DNA of 64,000 nt from Octopus vulgaris (Eukaryota): assembly GCA_951406725.2 (NCBI GenBank), contig OX597825.1, forward strand, positions 45,818,001 to 45,882,000, read 5' to 3'. Position numbers and translations under genes: made by a program. The notes below the pieces were generated by a model. It saw only the letters and a list, made by a program, of their open reading frames with translations. It was not told where the DNA came from and did no database searches. How positions within the stretch are numbered: position 1 is the stretch's first letter; the number at the start of each line of letters is the position of its first letter. Below are positions 50,100-62,337 of the stretch, piece by piece.

Positions 50100-53000
50100 G
50101 AATCAAAGTCATACCAGTTTCATCAATTGCTTTTCACTGGCTTTGAATGTGCACTGATTACCAAACTGTGTCGGGTCTACTAGTCCCTGAGTAAAATGAT
50201 TATATACAAGGGAGGTAAGTAGTCCTGGGACTGGTGCAATTAGGGTAGATGTAATATTGTAATATGAATGGTGTATGGAATGTATAGGAATTAGTGATAT
50301 TAATGGTAAGGTTAGTAGTGTTCTATATTATGTTATGTGTTCATGTTGAGTTGTGGATGATATTTATTGATGAAAGTTGCTTCTTTATTCATTCCTTGCT
50401 GAACTAAGGTGATATAAAGGGAAATTTGGAAGTTAGGATTAAGGTTCCTAGCACACCTTTCTATGTGTTCACTGACCTGTAACTGTCTGTATTGTGGATA
50501 GCGGATTTGTTCTTTGGGAAGAATTGTTCTTCGACGGAGTGACATTCCTGTTTGGCCAATATAATGATTACACACACCCTAAGCAGGTAATGGCATAGAT
50601 TAGGTTTTCCGAGGCACAGGTGAAATTTGATTTTATCTTAAATATTTCACCTTGTTTAAAGTGAACTATGTACCCTCCAAAAGGTGGGGGCATGTGCCAC
50701 AGTTAGGCTGACCGCATTTTTTCACTTTTGGTTCCCTTGCGTTGGTTAATATTTTTTTCAATGATTTCGGTTGCATTTTACTCTTGATAATTTTCTGTGA
50801 GCCTAAAATTCTGTTCATTGTTTTATCTCCTGTGAGGATGGGTAGATTTTGGATGATAATTTTGAAAGACTTGTTGTTTCTAGGGTTGTTGTGGAGATGT
50901 ATGGGAGTATTTTTAAGTCTGGTGCAGTAGTTTGGTTTACTTCCCTTAATGTTCATATGTCTATTTCCTTTGCTCGTTTAATCCCATCATTTATTAATGA
51001 TGTTGGGTAATGTCCCTTGATTAGTATTGATCTGAGTTCAAGGAGTCTTCATTCCTGAGTATTGGTGTCCAAAACTATGGTACATACTCTTTTCGCTAGA
51101 TTATAAGGTATATTAATTTTTATGTGTTTGGGATGGCATGAGTTGAACAATAGGTATGGTTTTGAATCTGTGGGTTTATAGATGCCCGTTTCGATGTGAT
51201 TATTGACTATTTCAATTAGGATGTCAAAAAGTTTATTGCTGTGTTCCATGGTGAATTGTATGTTGCTATTGATATTGTTGAGCATTATTTTGAAATCGAG
51301 GAGTTTGTCCATGCTATCTTTCCCGAGCATAAAGCAATCATCTAAATACCTCTTCCAGTTCTCCTTTAAATAGCAATGAAATGAGGTGCCATATTTTTGT
51401 AGTGATGATTGGTATATTTTAAGTTCTAGGTAACCCATTACAAGGTTCGCAATCACTGGGGCAGCTCGACTTCCTATTGCAATTCCACATTTGTCGATAG
51501 TAAACTGTATCGAACAGGAAATAGTTGTTCAGTAGGATGAATTTCAGTTCTGCAATTATGAATCTATGATTGATACACCCTGGGATTTCTTCTGGGTATT
51601 TTTGTAGCCAGAAGGTGATTGCTTCTATACCATAATCGCATGGGCTGTTGGTGTACAAGTTCACCACATCGAATGATACTAACAGGGTTCTTGCATTTAT
51701 TGTCTTTGGGAAGTGGTTGAGCATGTCTAAGTCATCCCTGATGAAGCTTTTCACATATTTTAGAAATGGTTTGAGTAAGATGTCGGGGAAATTGCTCAAA
51801 TGGTGGGTTTCACAAGCAGGGCCAGCAATGATGAGTCTTAGTTTGAAGTCAGTAAGGGGAGGAACATTAATGCATAGGCTTGGAGAATCTTTGCAAGCTT
51901 TACAATTATGTGAATTTTTGCGTTTTAGGTAATCCATAAAAAAGACTTGGTCTGTATTTAAAATTGGATAAATAGTCAATTTCTTTTTCAGTGAGGTCCT
52001 TTCCATGTACTTGAGATAAGTAGGATAAGTTTTTAAGTGTCTTCTGTGGGTTGTATTGTATTATCTACTCATAGTAAATATTGCTTTCCAACATGGAGAG
52101 TATTACATTTTTATAGCACTTAGTGTCCATCATTACTACCGCACTTCCTTTATTGGTTTTCTTAATGGTCAAGTTTATATCATTGTTTAACTAGATTCAG
52201 TTTTTCCATTCATTTGTGTTAAGGGTGGATTTAATTCGTTGATTTTGTGGGGCATTGAAAGGAAAATTTGTAATGTGTTCACAAAAATCATCAAATGCTT
52301 TATTTCTGCCTTTTGTCTATTTCGCTTTTGTTTTTTACTATTGAGTCATCTTCATAGGTGTAGTTTCTGTGAGGTGCAATTTTTTTGCAAAAATCCATTG
52401 TGTTATCCTTGATTTCATTCAGGTCCTATCTGCGAGGGGTTGGTCTAAAATTTAAACCTCTTGCCAGAATTTTAGTTTGTGTAGTACTTAGGATTTTCTT
52501 TGATAAGTTGATTATTTTCAGTTGTTCTTGTACATTTTGTTCCATTTCACATCTCTGTTTCTCTGATTTAGGTCTAAAAAATGGTTGTAGTAGGTGGATT
52601 GTTGTGGGAAGTCTGTGTTGTGTTTGGCTTGATGAGGAGAAAATGGCTGTAAAGCGTGTCTGTGGTAGTATGCTTGTTGTGGAATGACTGTAGTGGACTA
52701 AATTATGGCTGTACTGAGGGTTGTTATATTGTCTATGGTTGATGAGGTTTGGGTTAAATTTATTTTTAATTTTGTAATGTGGGTGGAGGGAGAAGTTATG
52801 TTGTCGAGTTAGGTTGTGTCTAGTTGAATGCTAGAAGTATTCATGTTGAGGGTTAAGTCTCGGAGGTAGGTTTTTCCATTGTTTGTGAGATGATGGGAGT
52901 AGATTGGTTGGTAGTGGTTTCAGGAAGTTTAGGTTAGTCTGGAGGCTTGGATGGGTCTTTTGATTTGTATGTAGGGAGCCTTGAAAATTACGTCCGGATT

Positions 53001-53850
53001 TTCTATAACGAACGGAATTCCTATTTGTTGTTTGGAAGTTAATTTTGGGCAGAAGTGAGATTAGTTCGGTGGAGTTGTGTCCCCTAGATTGTTTGTCGTT
53101 TGAGTTTGATAAATGTGAGGTCCTTTCTGCGTGGGCTTTTGGTTTCTTTTTCTTCAGGAAAGTGTTATCCGATATGTCTTCTATGTTGAACTGTGTTTCA
53201 ATTAGCTTGTCTTTCCCAGTGTTGTAGGGAATTGGTTTCTTCAGTTTCACATGTTGTTTTCCATAGTTTAAAACCATTCTCCAAGAGTTGACCATCTGAA
53301 TGTTTCTTTAATTTGGTATATATTTCCTCATCTATGTTTTTAAATTTTGTTCATTGCTTAACACTCTAAGTTTAAGGAGTTCACTTTCCATCTTAATTTT
53401 TTCCAATGCTAGTTTCTTCATTAATTGTCTTTGTTGGTCCTGCTCGTTTGGTATTAGTTTAATTTGAAATATATGAGGTAAGATTATTGGAGTAGAATTT
53501 AACCAGTGTTCATAAATTTCTGCCTTGTAGTTATTTTTCGTCATATTCCAGAAAGAAAAATTTTCTGGCTTTAAGTTTCTCATTTCAGATATGGATAATA
53601 CGGTTTTTCTTTGATTGCATTAACGTGGAGGGGTTCTATCCTGTGTATCGTCTGTAGGGGGATTTCCATCTATATAACTATTATGAGTTAACGCTTGTAG
53701 AGTGGTGCATAATTCAGTCAAATGTTGATTGAGTTGTTCCAGAGATTGTCCCTTCTTTTCTTTTTCCTTTGCCTCTTGTGTAAATTGATTAAGTTCATCA
53801 ATCTTGTTAATTAGGAGTCTCAAATTCGAGTTAATCTATGTTATATTGAG
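50100..53850 (-). mobile_element. Degenerate near-full-length Penelope-like element
   Basis: RLIIAGPACET, SFDVVNLYT, ANLVMG, KRYLDDCF, SCHPKH, CGQPNCGTC, HYIGQTG; long N-terminal region; hammerhead remnant at 50104-50145. Confidence 0.88.
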
Positions 53851-54059
53851 ACATGTGTAGTGTTTATTAAATCAGTGTCTAACCGTACTCCTTGTTGACT
53901 CTATTTTTCAATTTTATTTTCATACAGAAAGATATAAACGCACTCAAGAAAGTATTTAAATCCCCAGGAATCCACCAACAAATCAACACATAACACCATT
54001 TGAGAAAGAGCTACACAAAATAATATGAAATCTCAAATTCAGGAAGTATCTGGCAATGA

Positions 54060-55290
54060 AAAATGAGCACCAGCAGAAACTGGATAAAATATTGAAGATC
54101 TTTTAAGAAGTAAGTGCACCCAAAAACACTTCAGATAATATAAACAAAAAGGGATTAGAAATAGTAAAATATCTTGGGTTAGATGATAGGAATGAACCAT
54201 ATACCCCCCACCAAAAAAAACAACCTAGTATAAACCTATAGGACCACAAAGATAACTTTGATAGTGACCCTAAAATGAGATTAATATGTCCGTCGAAATT
54301 GAACATTAGACATATAAGTAAAAACATCATAGAGAGAGTAATGCCCGTAGTAAAAACTAAGATTGGACGTTCATTGTGGTCCTGCACTCAGGAGGTTATA
54401 GGATGGTTTATGAGAACAGAGGAAACTAAAAAGTCTAAATTTATACAATTAGATATAGATAGTTACTATTCCACGATTAATCCTATAGTACTAAATAAGG
54501 CTCTTATTTTCACAATGAAGATCTCTAGTTTATCTAGGACAGACGTGGACATAAGTTTAACAGCTTGTCAAACTGTCATTATTTACGATAACAAACTATG
54601 GACAAGATCAGATAGGGCTAATTCCTTTGATATAATAATGGGATCGAGTGGCTCAGCTCAAGTAATGGATATCATTAGAATCTACCTCTTACCCCAGGTC
54701 AAATCTGAATTTCCACAGATAATGGGAGATGTCAATAAAATTGAATTTGAAATGATTCATCAAAAAAGATCCAACAAAAAAGATTGCCGATTCCTCAATG
54801 CTTCAGACACTAACAATCAAATGGAAGCTCATGAAAACAGAATCAAAAGGCCACCAGATAAGCATAAAAGTAATAATAGTACAAATAACTGCACATGCCG
54901 TAGAAAATCTACGTGTCCGAAAAAACATGGTATACAAATGCACAATCTCCACATTCCAACATAAATACGTGTACATAGGTGCCACGGAAAACCAGCTCAA
55001 AGTCCATTATTGCAACCACATCTTGTCATTCCAAAAAATAAACGGATGACATGCAACTTCACTGATAGACCTCATATGGGGACTGAAATAATCAAAAATT
55101 AAATACAAAATGAAATGAAATGGTCAATAATATAAAATGCACACCCATGTAATACGCTATTTGTAAAATGTGACTTTTGCATTGAGGAAGCATTGAGTAT
55201 ACTGCTGAGTAATGAGAACCTGGTAAGCAAGCATGAAAATTCCAAGGTGTAACCACTGAGTAAAATATATATTTTCAAGATTATTCTGTT
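54060..55290 (+). mobile_element. Degenerate Naiad-like Penelope element fragment (RT + GIY-YIG)
   Basis: RLICPSK..ISK, W..T.EVI.WF, FIQLDIDSYYSTI, CTCR...CP, YIGATEN..K..Y.NH..SF. Confidence 0.65.
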
Positions 55291-56005
55291 TCACCACACC
55301 CATTCTTCCTGTTTCACGTCTGTATATGCGTGTGCATATATGATAGAGGGCCCAAGGATATACCTATGTGCGTGCATATGGGTAGGTAAATGCATGTGCG
55401 TGTATGTATGGATGTGAATGTGTTTGTTGATCGGTGTGTGTGTGTGTGTGTATGTATATACAGGATTATTCAAAAAGAATGAACCGATTTCATTATGCAA
55501 TACAATATTGTGATAAGGAAAAGCAATAGAAAACTCCAGCTAAGTCACAAGTATTTACTCACAATCACATGTCTAAATTCAAGAACTGAACTTTTCAGTT
55601 CATGTCCACATTTTAACACATTTTCTGTATTTTGCCTTTAGCCCTGTTTTTTCTTGTGCATGTGCTTATATAGACGTGTACATGAGCCTATTTTGTGCGC
55701 GTGTGTGTGCGAGCGTGTATGCGGGTATGTATATATTTTTTGGTGAATGTATGGGTGAGCATGTGTGTATTTCAAGTAAGGGTGAATGAGGATATACTTA
55801 TAGGTGCATGTACGCTGGTGTGCGGGCGTGCATGTGTATGTATGGACATGCACGCTTACGCGAATACTATGAAGATTTTTACTCCCTTACCTTTACTCAC
55901 TCCCCTCACTTAGCGGTCATTCTAATAGCTCTTTTGTCTTAATAACGGTCAATTACACAGTAATTTCCCTTTGTTTCACGGTCATTTTCATAACATTTTT
56001 TCGAT

Positions 56006-56077
56006 GGCCGGATAACTGAAGAGATGGCGGCGTGGGTTTCCGGCTCGACATCTGAAACTCGGAGTTTTATCATGGTT
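56006..56077 (+). ncRNA. Type I hammerhead ribozyme motif
   Basis: gataa CTGAAGA gatg...catc t GAAA ctc-g-gag TT ttatc. Confidence 0.7.
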
Positions 56078-56111
56078 ACCGAATAATTGTCACATATTAT
56101 GTTTACAGATA

Positions 56112-56145
<34 letters not shown>

Positions 56146-56196
56146 CCTCGTGAGCACCGCCAGCGATTTTTTTTCCTCTGTCTTCCCTTCTTCTAT

Positions 56197-56231
56197 GTTT
56201 CCGACGAAGAGCTCCGCTCGAAACGTTAAAC
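56197..56231 (+). ncRNA. Minimal hammerhead motif, U4C variant
   Basis: gttt CCGACGA a gagc-tcc-gctc GAAA cg TT aaac; ACGT palindromic helix III. Confidence 0.6.
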
Positions 56232-56377
56232 CCTCCTTCTTCCCTTCTTTCCTGAGCGTCCAATAATACTTTATTTGTTCCACGTCTTCGCCTTGCTGTG
56301 TTTTTTTTTGTGTTTTCTTGTTTGGATTAACTATATCATCATCATCGTTTAGCGTCCGTTTTCCATGCTAGCATGGG

Positions 56378-56429
<52 letters not shown>

Positions 56430-56614
56430 TTGATATTTAGCAGAAGCAACAGAGTGACTCAAGGGCCGAGAGATTTGTCCATTAACATTTATCAAACTTT
56501 TGATGACCTGTATATAGAAGGCAAAGATAATCAACATAAAACATAAAACTTGAAACAGTTATATATATATAAAAAGGAATTAAAGGTAATGCTAATGTTA
56601 GTTCATAATTATCC

Positions 56615-56615
<1 letters not shown>

Positions 56616-56664
<49 letters not shown>

Positions 56665-59600
56665 TCTTCTTCTTTCAAATTTGCTTCCATTTCTTGCCGA
56701 GTGTCTTCCCGACTCCTAGGGCAAAGAAACTCATAGTATACATTGGTAGGCCATTAAACCAAACTCAGTAGTTCGTTCATTTTTTTTATTTTTTAAATTT
56801 TTTTTTAAAGTTAAATTAAAATACATGAGCAGCAACAGTTCTCACATCGACAATGCTCTTCTCAATACGTGTGATGTACCAGTTAAGACAATCTTTTGCA
56901 CTTCTTGCAGGGATGGTAAGCCAGGGATCATTCTCATATAATTTTCGGTTCCCTTCTTGATAATTCCTAGTGCTCCTACGATCACTGGTATTGTAACCAC
57001 CTTGAGATGCCACATTTTCTCAATTTCAATGAGTAGGTCTTTATATTTTCTGAGCTTGTCAAACTCTTTCGCTGAGATATTATGATCACAGGGGATGCTC
57101 ATGTCGATCAATAAGCAAACTTTATTGTTTTGGTCTTTCACAACAATATCTGGTTTATTGGCCTTGATGGTTCGGTCTGTATGTACTGGAAAGTCCCACA
57201 GAATGGTTACATTTTCTCCTTCAGTTACAGCCTCAGGGTGGTGATTATACCACTTGTCGGCAGTTTTGATATTGTAATGCCGACTTATTAGCCAGTGGAG
57301 ATATTGGCCAACTCTGTCATGTCTTAATTTATACTCCACTGGTGCTAAGACTTTACATCCAGAGATTAGGTGGTCCACTGTTTCAATCATGTTGCAGAAT
57401 CGGCATTTTGGGTCTGCTCCATTTTTCATCACATTGGCCTGGTAGTTCCGGGTTAATAGGCTTTGATCTTGAGCAGTCAGGATGAAACCTTCGCTCTCTG
57501 CTTTTAGCCCTGAGCTCCGTAGCCACTGATGGGTTTGCTTCTGGTCAACATCAGCTTGTTTGCTGCGGGTCACATATTTGCCGTGCAGAGGTTTCTCCTC
57601 CCACCTATCAGCCAATTGCTCGTGCGCTTTTTTTGTTGCCATCAATTTCACCTTCTTTGCAACAATAGTTGCCGTACTTCCCTCGGGTTGTTCAGTTTGG
57701 GAATCCTGCACGAGATCAATAGCAAATTTTTTGCTTTCCTTTATGATAGAATGAAGCTTCTTTCGTCTGTCGTGATTTTCCACGAGCTTTAGCATCTAGT
57801 CATTCGATATTTCGAGATATTTGGCCAGTCCAATTGTGGTTGTTTTGTAAGCTAGTTCAAATTGGATCAGGCCTCGACCTCCTTGGGCTCTGGGAAGGTA
57901 AAGGCGATCTACGTCTGCCTTTGGGTGGTGCATCCTATTACAACTCAGCAGCCTGCGTATTTTCCTATCTATATTCTTTACTTCACTCATATTCCAGTTC
58001 AACACATTGTAGCTATAAGTAACAACTGGAACTGCTAAGGAATTTATAGCTAACACCTTGTTACGTGCATTTAGTTCAGATTTCAGGACTGCACGAACTC
58101 TCCTATAACATTCCTTCCTGATTTTCTCTTTCATGCTTGTATGCTGAATACCAGAGCCTTCATTTATCCCTAAATATTTGTATGTTTGTTCTTGCTCAAG
58201 CTCTCTTATGACTGTGTCAACATCTAACACGACTGAATTTGTGGTCTTCACTTTCCCTTTCTGGAAAGTGGCCTTGGCACACTTCTCAAGTCCAAACTCC
58301 ATCCCGATGTCATCGCTGAATGCTTTCACGGTGCGCAATAGGCCTTCAAGTTCATTATTGTCTTTACCATAAAGTTTTAAGTCATCCATATAAAATAGAT
58401 GGCTTATTTTTTTATTGGCAATTTTATACCCATACCCTGTTCTGTTTAATTCACTTGTAATGGGTATTAGGGCTATGCAGAATATTAAAGGTGAAAGTGA
58501 GTCACCTTGAAAAATTCCACAGTTGATGTTTATATTTTCTGAGGCAAGTACTCCATTAGAGTGGTATAATTGGAGATTCGTATTCCACAACGACATATTG
58601 TGCTTCAGGAAGTTTGAAATCACAGGGGAAATTTTGAAGATGTCCAGCGATCTCAAGATCCATGGATGCGGTATACTGTCGAAGGCCTTTTTATAGTCAA
58701 TCCATGCGGTGCTGAGATTTCTGCGCTAGTTGTGACAGTTCTCAAGGATCATACGATTGATTAGCAGTTGATCTTTGCATCCGTAAGAGCCTCGGTGGCA
58801 CCCTTTTTGTTCAATGGGGAAAATATCGTTCTTCTCCATGAATGCATATGTTTTCTCCGCCAGGATAGATGTTAGGATTTTATACGTGGTGGATAGACAG
58901 GTTATAGGCCGATAGTTTTTTGGAAGGTTGGTTTCGTTATTCTTTGGGAGTAGGTAAGTAATGCCACTTGCTAACCATTCAGGTGTTTTCTTTGGGTCTC
59001 TCATAATTCCATTGAGCAGCTGAACTAGCTTACCGTGTGTGCATGGGAGCGATGCGAGCCAGAAATTCGGCACCCTATCTTTACCGGGGGATTTCCAATT
59101 ATGGGCCTTCGTGAGTGCTTTTCTTAGGTCTGCTATTGTGATGTCTTCCCATGCTTGTTGTAAATTTTGGTAGGATCCTTCAGTTTGTATAATCCAGTCT
59201 GCATTTATGTTGTACGTCTTCTTGTCACTCCAAATCCTTTTCCAAAAGTTTTGAACTTCTTCCATGGGAGGGGGGTCTTTAACGGTTACTTTCTCCTTCC
59301 CTATTTCTCTGTAGAATTTTTTGGCATTGGATGTGAACAGCTTATTTTGCTTGTAAAACTTGTTTCTCTTCTCAAATCTTCATATTCTTTGGGCTTTTGC
59401 TTGGACTTTTTGTTTCAGCGTATCTTTTATTGATATCAGTTCTTCTCTTGGTGAGAATCCAAATTTTCTCTTCATCTTTCTTCCTGTTCTGGATCTTACA
59501 TCATTTCCACATATTAGTTCATTTAATATTGATATTTCTCCTCTCATAAATTCAATCTCTTTTTCAATTTTACTTCTCCAGGTTTGATTTCTTCCCAGGT

Positions 59601-60590
59601 TTTGTTTTCTTTGTTTTTTCGGGGGCATACAGCTGATTTCAATTGCCCTAGCAGAAGCGTAAATAATTTCATTTAACTCAGTAAAATCAGGTTTTAATTC
59701 TCGTATTATTTCATTTGTTACATAGTTGCCAATTTGGATTTGTTTTTTATTTTGGTTTGTATTTGAGAGTTTATGAAGTGGTTCTCTATCATTCATACTT
59801 GTATGTCTTACAACTTCAAGCGTATTCAGGATTTTCTGCCTCATTTCTGCCATAGACTCTCTGTGTTCTTCAGCAAATGCGAGATCTACAGTTACCGTTG
59901 TTTTTTCGTTTTCCTGGCTATCTTTAACAGGTACAATAGAATTTCTTGTATCTTCAGGCCTTTGCATACTTTGGTCAGATGGCAGTCTTTCAATTAAGCC
60001 TCATGGCGGGCTATACTGTTCATCTGATTCTTCATTTCCTTTGTGTCTTATATTTATGTCATTTTCCGTTGCGTGCTTGATCGCGCTTATTTCACTGTCT
60101 GTGAGTCTGTTATTTCTAAGGATATCCCTCGTCACATTTGCTAATTTGTTCTCGTCCAAATAGGGCCTACTGTCTTGATTCCGTGTTCTCCATATACTGT
60201 AAGAGTTTGCGGTGTGTCTCTCTTTAGATGGCCTACCTAATGCATAGTAATAAGCGTATATTACTTCTTTATACTCTTCTCGGGTCCATTTGTTCCGCTT
60301 ACATTTTTCTTTCGGTGGTGGTTGTGGTGGTGAACTTGGAGGGCTCGAGTTGGGGGATTTCCCGTTCAAGTGACCATCCATGTCCGTATTCGGACAAGAG
60401 TTTGTGCCAGTTGATGACTTTTCGATCCCAGGCTGGCTCTTCCCTGGGGGACGCGCTTCCAGATTAACCATAGGACAAGCGATTTGGTATACTGATTTAG
60501 TTTTCCTTTTAGTTTCCAAAAACATTTTGGTGCTACGATAATGTTATCATTTTTTAGCTTTGATTGGCTCGTGAGGAGACGGCCATCATT
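56616..60590 (-). mobile_element. R4/Dong-like RLE LINE, near full length, (TAA)n 3' tail
   Basis: One ORF broken by a few stops/frameshifts; (TTA)n at 56616-56663. Confidence 0.88.
56842..60525 (-). pseudogene. R4/Dong ORF: Myb-like, RT, CCHC, PD-(D/E)xK endonuclease
   Basis: KWTREE, NWKSPGKD, NYRPITCL, IFQGDSLSP, LFYMDD, CRFC..ETVDHLISGC, RHD, KPDIVV..IDMSIP..KY. Confidence 0.9.
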
Positions 60591-61626
60591 GTCGTTACAA
60601 TTATAATTGTACCATTATAGCAGCCGTAGTCGGCTTATTATTGTTATTATCATCACCATTATTATCACTATCATCATTATCACCACCATTACCATCATCA
60701 TTATCATCATCACCATCACCACCGTCATCATCAATGATATTGTTTTATGTGTAGTCACAGCAGTATCTTATTATTGTTATTTTTTTTTTTTATCATTATC
60801 ACCATCACAGTAGTGTCTGTCTGTCTCGTTGGCTGGCTTGGTGGTTGGTTGGCTGACTGTCTTCAACGCCAGAGTTCTTGCCTGTCAAATAATACTTTCA
60901 TATTTGGTTAACAATAGAGCCGAGGTGAGGTTTGTGTTGGTTGAACTCTTTGAGTGTGTGTGTGTGTGTGTGTAGATAGATAGATAGATTATCAGCACTA
61001 TTACTATCATTATTATCATCATCACCATCATCACCATCACCATCAGTGAAATTTTTTTTTTTTTTTTTTAGGTGGGGTCCTATCGGTCAAAAAAAGTTCA
61101 GATGTTTACTACTATTAGGCTTAAGAAAAATTAAGGAAGGGCTGTTCTGTATTGTTTGTGAATAGAGAAGTTGTGTTCGACCAGAGAGAATCTTAGCATC
61201 ATCATTTTTTTTTTTCCATATGCGTTTGTGTTATTGCAATAAAAAGTGTTTGTATATTTCGTTTAAGGTAATATTGTGGAGGTTGAAGTTGACTTTTCTA
61301 GAGATGTTTGTATGTCCAGTTAGAAGAACAGGTGTGTTTTACAATAAAAAGTATATGTTTACATTTATATTTGAGTATTCAGGGAGGAAGCAAAGAAAAG
61401 TCAGATTTTCATAGAAAGTTTTAGGGTTTTGTAAGTCCACAAAAAGAAAAGCGTGATGTTTTTAGAGAGAAGAAAATAAAAAAGGATGTTTACAGAGGCA
61501 ATTGTGGGTATCAAAGTTTTTAAAGCTGGTCGAATGTATGATTGAAAACTGTAGATATGTAAATTTGTAAATTTTCTTAACTTATTTTGAAGGGCTGTTC
61601 TGTATTATTTGTGAATAGAGAAGCTG

Positions 61627-61698
<72 letters not shown>

Positions 61699-61699
<1 letters not shown>

Positions 61700-62245
61700 G
61701 AGTGAGAGAGCAGTGCATGCCATCAAAGTGACATTGGGGTAAAATATACCCAGTATACCCATCATGACTACTTGTCTGATAAAGGTACACCAAGCACATG
61801 CATCACAACCATATGTGCATGACAGGGTGGTCTCATATCAAGATAAACAGTACATGACTTTGCAGGTGAGGCCCTGTTTGAATTTTCTTCAGATCGAGTA
61901 GCCCATCCTGCTCAAAAGGTCCCAGAATAAGGGCTGTTTAAGGATAATGAATAAAACACCCATGTTTCCAAAGGTGAATTATCCAAACCCCAAAGTATTC
62001 CTCTCAACACATGGCTATGATGCTTCCCAACTACTTCTGCTTGTGATCAGAGATGCACATATTATCAGCCACTAAGGGACATGCTCAACTGGTTAAGTTC
62101 CAGCAACTGACAAGCAAATTTGTGGTATTGAGCAGAATATTTGCTGTAGCCCATCTTTTATACCAAGACAAAACAATGTACATTATCTTACAATCAGTTA
62201 AGATCAGAAACCATGAGAGCCACTGCTTGGTACTGCGTCAGGGCA

Positions 62246-62246
<1 letters not shown>
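61699..62246. mobile_element. Non-coding ~550-bp insertion between (TTA)n tracts
   Basis: Non-simple sequence sharply bounded by (TTA)n at 61629-61699 and 62247-62290. Confidence 0.5.
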
Positions 62247-62336
<90 letters not shown>

Positions 62337-62337
<1 letters not shown>

